From Botryllus schlosseri (taxonomy: Eukaryota), in contig CM119376.1 of assembly GCA_051294905.1 (NCBI GenBank), forward strand, positions 12,586,001 through 12,650,000: a DNA stretch of 64,000 bases, given 5' to 3'. Shown piece by piece: positions 23,593-33,600 of this stretch. The notes under the pieces were generated by a model. The model saw nothing but the letters and a program-made list of their open reading frames with translations, did no database searches and was not told the DNA's origin. Made by a program: the position numbers and the translations under genes. The number at the start of each line of letters is the position of its first letter. Position 1 is the stretch's first letter.

Positions 23593-25744
23593 TACTAGAC
23601 CCTCCGCGATAAAAGTATTTAAGACTTTTCAATTATACAAGCAAACAATCGAAACAAAGTTCAATTAGAGCCACTGCAATGACTCAGATACTCAAGTACT
23701 TGGAAGAGACTTATAAGCTCATGTGGAGATTTGAAAGCGATGATTCTTTGCATTTTTGGGCGACTCGAAAGAATGAGTATCCTGTGCTCTTCAGTGTGGT
23801 TCAAAAATGGTTGTCAGTTCCTGCATCTAGTGCACCAGTGGAACGTGTATTCAGTAGAGGTGGATTTATTCTAAGGCCATGCCACTCTAATATATCTGAG
23901 GATCTCCTTTCCACTTTGGTAGTTTTAAAGTGTAACTCATCATTGATTTGATCTGCTGTCTGTGACAACACACAATACCCTCTGTCAATTTGAGGTTTTG
24001 TTAGGTATGTGAATTGTGCACGTGAGTAATAATGAATGGCTAATGTTGCGTGATGTTTGTACAATAGGACTGTTCAAAAGTAACTTCCTTTTTATTTTAC
24101 TGGGTGGCTACTTGATGAAATTGTTACGTTGCATAAAAAGAACATTGAATCTGGCTCAATTTTAAAAAGTAGAATCAATGATATGAGAGGAGAAAATTTA
24201 GGATTTGAAATTAAATGAAGTATTTTTAGTGAGAAATTCTTTCATATAATATAATTACATACTAGTAGTAAGCCGACTATTTTTTCATATCCAGAATATT
24301 CTACTCTAATAACTTCATTTCTTCTAGTTGGAATTTGCTATGAATCATATTTTTACACAATGTAACAATATCATGAGATAGCCGGTAAAATTCGAAAATC
24401 TCTTTCTGTAATTAGTCTAAAATTTTCTTTCATAGCATTGCTTTCTACTGGTTGGAATTGAGAAAAATTTGATTTTTTTTAGGCAATCTGACAATTTTAA
24501 GAAGTAGCCGGAAAATTTGAAAAAATGTTTTTGAACAGCCCCATTGTACAATTATTTCTCCAATGCTGTAACTGCGATGTAGTCTGTAATACAATTGGGA
24601 AAACCTTAAGTAATATCAAAAAGTATCTGTTTTTTGTCACTGCACAATGCACATAGCTGCATGCACGCTTTTACAGCATGCTGGCTTGGTGTAAATACCT
24701 CTGCATAAACATGCATTTGTTGATTCTGCTGGTATCAGCTGGTATCTTGACGTGAATTCGTTGGTTCTTTATCAGCTGTTTATGAGCTATCGTCGATGTG
24801 CTGATTGTGCTCATCATAAAAACTGAATGTTTGAATTGGTGATGTATCAGACTGACAAGACAGATATTTGATTTTACGTTCTAACTTAGTGAAGTTATCT
24901 GGAGCATCGGTAAATGAGGCCAGGACCGGTCCGTTAACTACCTAAATAAACACGTGCCAAGACTCTGATAGGGACAAAATGAGCATGTTTGGCAAGCTAG
25001 GAATTCGATATCACCCAAGCAGGATTGAAAACATGAGTTGAACATTACTTCAATATACTGTGACTTGGACTCGACTCGAGTCATAACACTATGACTCGGA
25101 CTTGGCCCTTTAAACGGTGACTTGGACTCGGACTCGAGTCGGTGATGAATTGAAAATGACTCGACTTGACTCGAGTCAAAACCACAAAAGAAAGATTGAC
25201 TCGTGACTCGGAACCATGTGACTAGGTTACCATCCTGCAAAATAGGCCGCACAGTTCGCAACCACGTTTTTAAAAATATGACCTCGAGGGCTGCATGTGG
25301 CCCGCGGGACGCGTGTTTGGGTGACCCGTGCTCTAAAGGTTATGGTGCACCTTTGAACAGCGGTTCTCAACTTGCCAAGTGCAATGGGCCGCATTTTTAC
25401 GTCAAAAAGTGCTTCGCGCCACTGCACATTATGACCATATAATCGTATTAGTCTACTATTAAATTCGCTGTATTTACCAGTTCCTAAAGGACGACGTTAT
25501 GTTTTTTATGCATTCTAAAGCATTAACGGTCAGAGCTCGCAAGTTGCTGTTTTGTGAATATGTTATCTTCCGGTGGCGTAAGTAAATCACGCTGATTTTT
25601 CTCTCAAAAATATACTTTCTACTATGATAGCAACTTCATGGAGCATGCGTTGCATGCATGGCCAAAAAACCAAGTACGTATTTCCACCTCCCAACCCTTC
25701 CTCCCCGCAACTCTCTGTTAGAATGCGTGAGAAGCTAGAAAGTA

Positions 25745-26330
25745 TCAAATTACGGTAACTGTTTTCCTCGCAGATGCCGTTGTGACATTGAGCTCTCCAC
25801 CTCTAATGCAAAATACAGTGATATGAGAACTGAGAAGCAGTCTGTGGTTTCGAGATCTTCTTTGAGAAAACCAATCAACCCTTTTTTCCTTTCCTATCAT
25901 GACTGGAGCCCAATCAATAATGACAGAAGTCAGCTTTGTCAAGTTGATGTTTCGGGTGGTCTTCGATAAAAGCTCGTCATTGCAGAAAAGTTGTCCCCTA
26001 CTCACGTTTGCCTTGCCAGCATTTACTCTGCAAATGTGCAGATCATGAGAAAGGGCACCCAGATTATTATAGCTATACAATGTCCGTGGAGTCTGTGGAT
26101 TCGTCCGATGCTAGGCTAAAGTAGCTTGCGCGGCAACTTGCTTCAGAGACTGCGATAAAAGATCGACTGACATTGCGGTTACTCATTTGGACACGGTTTA
26201 ATCAGAGTGTAGCTTCAAGATGTACCAGGCGATGCTGTCCTTGTGGCCAACTCCCGGAAACAGGAAATGCGCACCGTCTGCTAAATTTTTCTCGTATCTC
26301 ACCTCCTCAAGCTGACTTCTTGGCTTAGCA
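25745..26330 (-). pseudogene. SPIN/Charlie (GTF2IRD2-like) hAT transposase remnant
   Basis: Degenerate signatures FSLASDESTDSTDIV*L (about 26120-26070) and LTKLTSVIIDWAPVMIGKEK (DGAPAM motif). Candidate left TIR CAGCGGTTCTCAAC at 25358. Confidence 0.75.
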
Positions 26331-26630
26331 GTATTACAAGCAATTTTGAACTATGCTTCTGCAACGTTGTCGGCAATTTTAACAATGCCTCGAAATATGG
26401 ATTGCGGGGTTTGACACTAAGTTAACTACTTTTTTTTTTCTAAGAAGAGGTGAATATAAATTTTTGAACTACGAATGAAACTGTCAGTTATTCCGTTTTC
26501 AACTGCCTCGCTTCGTTACGACAACTATTTTCGACACATATCTCCATTCTCCATGTATCTCTGAAAACACAGTTTTCGCGGTTCTATTTCCCTTTCCTTG
26601 TCGAGATCTGTTCAAGTCAGTGGTGTTGAG

Positions 26631-28858
26631 TAGGGATGGTGTGAACGTGAGGTTCACGTTCGCGTTCTGTGTGTGAACCTCGGAAATTTAGAGGTTCACG
26701 TTCACAAACGAACCTTGGTAGGTTCTGCACTGTGAACCTTTTTCATATATTACAACTTTCACTTCATTATGACAACTTTGGTTGAAATTTATTGCATTTC
26801 AACTGCGGACAACTCTATGCATGGCGCTGTCAGCATAAATAAAATCAACACTAAACGAGTTTGCACCTTGACAATCTCAAAAATTGCTTTGTTACAAATG
26901 TTTGCTCCAAATATTCAACTCTCCGTTCGTGAATATTTATTCTGCTGTGAGCTTGACCCACAATCACACAACATCAATAGCGAAATACACTGCATGTAAG
27001 ACGGAGGTTGTGAGCGAATGATGCTTATTCAACCAATCAATGACATTGATATCGTTGTCTAATGTAAAAAACCTAGCAGGCGTACGGGACAATCTTGACT
27101 TCATATGTTTATTGTATCATAAAAACCAAATCCGTGCGATTGGGGTGATGGCTACTGCTGTATAACTTGTTGATGGGGTAATATCGGTAACAAGTATAGG
27201 CTATTACAGGGGTTCTCAAAGGGTGGGCCATGGCCCACTGGTGGGCCACAGAGCATTTTGAGGTGGGCCACAGAGCCATTTGGAAAATTTCAGAATTAAG
27301 GTAACTTTAGTTATATTTCTTATGTTATTCGCTAAAAATATATTCGTATTATCTAATTATACGTAGGCTACAAAAAGCTTTTCATCCGACTTTGATTAGA
27401 CGTAGTGGCACGTATGAAGTCAGCATGTACAAATCGAAAACGTTAGGAAGAAACGGTGGCTTTTTCTACTGGCTATGACAACCTACGGCTAACAGCAACT
27501 AAAATAATTTCAAGTGTATAAAAACTGAAAGATAATGCTGAAGTAACCAAGTATTCCGGCAGGGTCATGTCGTATTCCGTTGAAAGGGGTATGCAATGAA
27601 CTCGCAATGAAGTGCAATTGATGTACCGATTTACTGTACTTAGGCAGGCCGTATTATTGCAATCTAAACATAGCCATAATTGCAAATTATTAGCAACTTC
27701 TGGCGGAGGTATACTGCACCACCGCAACAACGAATGTTAATGGATCGAGGATTTATCGGAGCGCATTAATCTTTGAAGTCGGTCTAAAATGTCCGGCCTG
27801 GAAATCCCTGTACTTACTGAAAGAGTCACAGGAATTGATTGTATCATTGGATTGAATATTCTGACATCGCAACTTCAGTTGTTTTGGTACAAGACACGCA
27901 AAAGTAGATCATGCATATTGAAAAATCTTTCTCCATTTCTCTGTAGTACCCCATTCACCAATGAATTGTTCGATGCTGGCCCAGAATGAATATAATATTC
28001 CCCACAATAGTATCACTAAAGTCCCAATCACACAGTGCGGAGATCTGATCATTGTGTTTCGCGACGGGAATGGAGCAGCGGACGAAAATAATACACTTAG
28101 AAGTTTTAGCTTAGGATCTACCAGGGCCGTAACTGCCGCACCCAGATCCCCAATTGGGGGAGCTCGAAGGGGCCCAAGATTATTTCGTTGGTCGTTTTTT
28201 GGAGGATATTTATTCAACTTGAATTTATTTTCGCGCTTCGCGCGATTTCTTATTCCGGGAGATCGAGATTTAAATGTCATCAGTTAGAGAAAAATGCGCA
28301 TCTTTTAGAGAAATAGGCATTCGGCGCTGTCCGTGACCACGAATTAAACAGGATTAAGACTCAAAGATGTCAGGTGGGCCACAGCACATTTTTAAATCGG
28401 AAAATGGGCCACGGCCAAGAAAGGGCTGAGAACCCCTGGGCTATAGAAACCCGTTTTATACTCTGCTAAATATCAACGTAGCAATGCTCGGACGCCGAAT
28501 ACATTGTCCGGTCTGGCCTAGACCGTTCCCTCGCAAGTCATCGTCAAAATTGCTGGCAAAACGACGGAAGATATTGATTTTATGGTATCATTATATCATT
28601 TGATTGCCCCAATTTGATACATTTGGCGTCGTTTAAACTTCAATATGTACTTTAGCATTGTGGCCCGAGTCGTCGTTAGATATCGTGTGCATTGTACAGT
28701 AATATAGATAGGCTATCACTTCACTGAAATGTAGGGTTGGAATTTGCAATATGACGTCACGAGACGTCATGAGGTTCACGTTCGTGTTCACACAGAACCT
28801 TTCAAAAAGGTTCGCGTTCACACGAACCTGAACCTTTCAGAGGTTCACACCATCCCTA
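26631..28858. mobile_element. Non-autonomous hAT element (2228 bp)
   Basis: Perfect 16-bp TIR TAGGGATGGTGTGAAC, perfect 8-bp TSD GTGTTGAG, GTTCAC/GTGAAC subterminal motifs. Confidence 0.92.
27207..28438. mobile_element. Charlie-like hAT element nested in 26631-28858
   Basis: TIRs CAGGGGTTCTCA / TGAGAACCCCTG; TSD GGCTATTA / GGCTATAG (6/8); GTGGGCCAC subterminal motifs. Confidence 0.8.
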
Positions 28859-28883
28859 GTGTTGAGTGTAATACTATCCAATG

Positions 28884-29589
28884 CAGTGGTTCTCAGCCTT
28901 TTTGTCTTCGCAGACCCCTTTTGAACCGACACGGATCCCCGCAGGCCCCCTCAAGTTTTTGTCCAAAATTAGCTCAATGATCGTGCTGGTTCCATACTAT
29001 TACCGAGAATGCTATTACCGAGAATGGACATTACCGAGAACGGACATTACCGAGAATGGCCAATGCCAAGAATCTAGCTTAATGTAACGGATGTTGTCGA
29101 GAAATTTACACCAGAGAATCGATACCGAAAGTGGCAACACCATGATGCACACACACGACTTGTTCATAAGCATAACATGCCTGCATTGCATATATTGCAT
29201 TCTCGGTAATGTCCAATCTCGGTGGTGTCCATTCTCGGTAATGTCCATTCTCGGTATCGTCCTTCTCGGTATTGATCGGACACCGAAATATCCGTCCGTG
29301 CAAACTCATTTGAATTGTCAAATTGCCAATAGCCTGCCGAGTGCCGATGCAAACACATTGCTGGTTAGAGATGTTTTGTTGGAGTTCGCGGGAAATGAAA
29401 CGTTAGAGATAGCAAGGTCAAACAAGGTGACTTCGAAATGTTTGCAAATCATTTTGGATTTGGTGTCCTCATGCTTTTCCTAATGAGGAAAAATAAAAAT
29501 TAGGTGATCACTGATCAATCATTTTAAAAATTTAGAGGTTTCGTGGACTCCCTGAAAATGCTTCGCGGATCCCCGGTTGAGGACCACTG
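28884..29589. mobile_element. Charlie-like hAT MITE
   Basis: TIRs CAGTGGTTCTCA / TGAGGACCACTG; TSD ATCCAATG / CTCTAATG (6/8). Confidence 0.7.
28988..29284. repeat. Fold-back element with inverted arrays of a 15-bp unit
   Basis: (ATTACCGAGAATGGAC)-type units x4 on the left and their reverse complements x5 on the right; no TSD found. Confidence 0.65.
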
Positions 29590-30692
29590 CTCTAATGCAT
29601 TATCAAGTCAGTACCGATTCCAAATCAAGCATATCAAGAAACCAAAACAAGTCGTTAATAAACCAAACAGAGACGGTGCGATGAGAGAGCTAAGTAGCTA
29701 AATGAATATGCAACAATAAGATATTAGCATTAGCCTAATTGCTTCCGTAATTGAAGATTTTACGTGCCACAAAATAAGTGTGTGGAGAACCCCTTCCCTA
29801 CGGTTTACGATACACCCGGTTGAAGAGCCCTGCTTTGATGTGCTCTTGTGTTGCTCAGTACAGATCCAAAACTATAATATAGCTCTTAACCTCTCTCAAC
29901 CCAAAAGGGTGATACACACACCGCCAGTGGCTTGGACAGATGGCGACAAAGTAAACTATGTAACGAGGGTTTTACACTCTGGGCGGAACAGCAATAATTC
30001 GCTTTCGTAGACAACACCAATCCAATGTGTCTTAGTCGTCACAGAAAAGTTGTAAGTGACGAAGCGATAAAAATGACACCACGGCGACGCTGAAAGCCAC
30101 TACAACCGCCGTCCTGTCCTGGTTTAGCACCTCAATCCTGACCAATTCTGATATTCTGCGGACACTGAAACGCCACACAAACGCCCAACGCATACGCATT
30201 GTCACATTTTTATTCAAATGAGCTTTGAAGGATATAAAAATATTCAACGCAACAACATTCTCTCGTCCGCGGCGACGAAATAACAGACGCGCACACAGAC
30301 TCAAAACAAGCGTCAGACGAGAAACGCGCCCGACGCACAGAACTGGTTGACGGAGGCTCTCGGGTCGCGATCCGCACGGTAGGATTTCATTGCAAACTTT
30401 CGACGTCCGGCCCCCCCGCATAAAGCAAATCGAGTAAAATCGGGGCGGAAGAAAACACGAAAATACGATCGGACGAGTAACAATCATAGGGAATTATCGA
30501 GACTTCATGCATAAACACAGAGATAAAAATAGCGAAAAAGCACGTTCCAGTGACGTAACTTCCTATCCGGCTGATTCGATAGTTGAGTATAATAATAATC
30601 AAGTACAGCTCGACGCGCGCGAGTTGATCATATACTCTATTTGCGGGTAGATCAAATAATGAAAAAAATTTGGGCGGTTCTCGCGACAAAAA

Positions 30693-33600
30693 TCACGTGG
30701 CAGTCCGCGCATTACAGTTAACAGGGACGACGCTTTCCCCTACAATTTGTTGCGAAGCGCGTCCGTTTCCTAAATCCGTACCGGGGTTCGTATCGTGATT
30801 CTGTACCGTGATTTCGATCAAATCGCATACGCACAGTTCAATGTCGCGATTGGCATCGTCACCTATAGAAAACGCGTGCGAACCAGAGGAAACGCGCGCG
30901 TCAGATGAGACGCACGCATCATCGCCTATCGCCGGCTGCAATGAAAACGCGTCTGATGAAACACAAGCGTCCGAGGAAACGCACGCGTCGCCCTCTATGG
31001 TAGGCTGTGATGAAGACGCGTCGGATGAAACACAAGGTTCGCTGCCTATCACGGGCTGTAATGAAGACGCCTGCGTAACGGATGGGATGTTGGACGAAAC
31101 GCATGCATCGGATGAAACGCACGCGTCTGAATCAAAGCCTTCCACGCTGATTTTTCCAAAGGATATTATATTGTCATTGTGGTCGCTACCGGTAGCAGGC
31201 GATATCGCACCAGGCGACGATGCGTTATTCGCGCCGTTACGTTCAGGCTCGCTGAGCACGACCCGCATAACCAACCCGTCCGAGTCGCCGTCGTCCGGCA
31301 AGCTCGTATCAGTAACGGAGATAGCGACGGGCGACGTGACCGATTCGCACTCACTCGCCGCTTTGCTTATAGTCCGAATCGCGATCGGGGCGCGATTCTC
31401 GGCGAGTCCGTCGCGCAAATTGCCGACGCTGCTGCGATCGCTTTTGACCGCGACCGACGCGTCGCAACGAGCCGCCAAATCGGGCGTGGAGTGCGCGTGC
31501 GACAATTCGCACGCCAAAAAGCCGGGATTACGACGGTCTGAATACGGCGACGGAGGGGCAATCGGGGGTTTTCCCGCGCCGGGCGCGAAACCGCGTCCAG
31601 TCGATTTTCGCGACAGCAACCGCGCGGATATCGATTTCGCGGTTTGCGGCGAAGTAGTAAGGCTCTTGCTTCTCTGGCATTTGTTTCTCTCTTTCTCCAA
31701 AGTGTCGATTTTCACAGGTGATGCGACCTTGGCCTTATTATCGCCTTTACCAAGGCTGAAATGCCTCGAAATCGACTTTCTCCTCAAGCTGCTACGTAGC
31801 GACGAGGCAGTTCCCTTATCAAGATCCAGCCTCAACCCTTCCTGTGTCTTTTCAGCGGTTTTCTTGCACAAATCCGCGCTTTTGGTCGAAGACCCCGACA
31901 AATTACGCGTCACAGACGCAGAACTAGCCGATTTCAGCCCATGCACCGTCTGGCTGCGCGTGCGCCGCCACGAAGTCACGTCCTCGGACGTTACGGACGC
32001 GTCGTCGTCTAATGATTCGTCGATGGTTGAGCTCTTGTCGGACGAGCTGGCTGCGCTTCCGTTGCTTTTATCGGACGACGATCTGTTCACGGACTTATTG
32101 CTAGTTTTCCGTCGCCCGTTGTCGTGCGCGGACCGACGCTTGCCGTGCGCGGGCGGTTCGAACCGGTCGACGGCCGCCGCGTCCGGGTATTTGGCGCGGT
32201 ATTTTGCGAGCGCGTCTTGGATGGAGTTGATCCACTGTTTCTTGTCGTGCTCTTCGGAAGCCTGCAGCGTGTAGGCCACGTTTAGCTCCTCGCAGCGTAC
32301 GCGGAAGGAATGTTTCACTGCAAAATAACGAAGACGCGTCAGTTGGGCTTCGCGCGAAGAGCCGTTCAATGACGGAAACATTTATACTTTCGCAGAGTAG
32401 TCAAGTAGGTTTCGTCCGTTTGTGCTACCCACTCAACTTGAAGTACTTACATACACTACCTGTACTTGGATTTTTTGACAAAACTAGCCCTAGAATACTC
32501 TATTATTTACTGGAAAATCGCTACTTATACCGACCCGACCAAATGCTAGAGATCTGCATGGGTTTGAATTTGAAAAAATAATCCCATTCGAAAGCGGCTT
32601 TTCGAATCATTTCCGATTACCAAATAGAATTTCGCGCGGATTCTAGTACACTCATAGCGGAAGGACTGTATTTCCACCCGTGAACCACCTGATATACGGG
32701 CGTGAATACACAGTTACACACCCATGATACACGAAGCCTGAGCGTACCTCAAGACGTATACCGCGGTATAAATCGAGGATACGATTTTAATCCAAATTAT
32801 GCATGTACGTACGTAGGATTCACGACCGAGATATAATGTCCTTGATTGGTGAGTAGTCCGAGAATTATCAACGAAAAACCCAAATAACTCCGCTTCTACT
32901 AGTTGGAATTGAGTCAAATTAGTTTAGCATCGTTCATCAAGACTACTCAACAATTTCATGGGGTTGACGGAAAAATTCGAATTCTTGTTTTAATTTTTCT
33001 TAATAAATTGAAAGTTTGGCTCTGCAGCGGCTTCTACGGGTAACCTGACAATGTGATCAGTGAATGGCTGGAATCTGAAAAAAAGTTATTTTTGAACAAC
33101 CCGAGTACAGTGTACAGTACACAGTGTACACGCCAAACAAGGCTAGAACTACGCCTAAAATCGTTAAGCTTACATGCCAGCGACTCCAAATACCTACGTC
33201 CCACATAGATTTTTTAGAAGTACTAAATCTACACCCCGCCTAGGAAAGCGCAAACAAAAGCCACCATACCTTTGTCGGAGCTCAATATCCCGCCTCTAAA
33301 CGAGCCGCTCAGCTTCTCGCCCTCGTTCACGTCGACCGCCAGCGACCGCAGGGGCAACGGATGCCTGTAAACTTGGTACGAGACTTTGTTGCTGCGCGTG
33401 GTTTGCCGCGTCAGGACCAGCGCTTCCTCGAACAGGAACACGTGCATTTTCTGAACGGAAAATCAGCGGGGATTAGAAAAGGCTCGGCGCGTTTTCAAAG
33501 CTAAAACACACAGCCGAATCATACAATCTCATATAATTGGAGCGGGGCCTACGATAAGTTGGGCCCCGATTGGAGGTATACAACTTCAATTGATATTAAA

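Larger units (their letters stand above)
20795..23951 (+). pseudogene. hAT transposase pseudogene interrupted by a nested element
   Basis: Fragments ...LKNFLLKRF..., TSCVFDPKFAFHW and C-terminal dimerisation domain LHFWATRKNEYPVLFSVVQKWLSVPASSAPVERVFSRGGFILRP. Excising 21252-23600 restores the frame (SDEEVLD|PPR*KYL), but premature stops remain. Confidence 0.85.
20275..25237 (+). mobile_element. Decayed autonomous-type hAT transposon (about 4.96 kb)
   Basis: TIRs CAGGGTTGTAA / TTACCATCCTG, perfect 8-bp TSD CAAAATAG (20267-74, 25238-45), GACTCGA arrays at both ends, transposase remnants inside. Confidence 0.9.
20195..25330. mobile_element. Charlie-type MITE split by the 5-kb hAT insertion (outermost layer of the nest)
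   Basis: Removing 20275-25245 joins GGCCGCGGGCCGCAAG...CAAAATAG|GCCGCAC...GGGCTGCATGTGGCCCGCGGG...GTTTGGGTGACCCGTG, which are typical hAT-MITE motifs. Left terminus is uncertain. Confidence 0.5.

Noticed and set aside
29000-29270. CRISPR-like array (also the GACTCGA arrays at 20290-20400 and 25060-25210)
   Set aside because: Units are adjacent without unique spacers, are mirrored as transposon subterminal repeats, and the context is eukaryotic with no cas genes.
30808-32274. 488-aa plus-strand ORF
   Set aside because: It is the antisense shadow of the Ser/Asp-rich, GC-rich RhoGEF last exon, with no recognisable domain.
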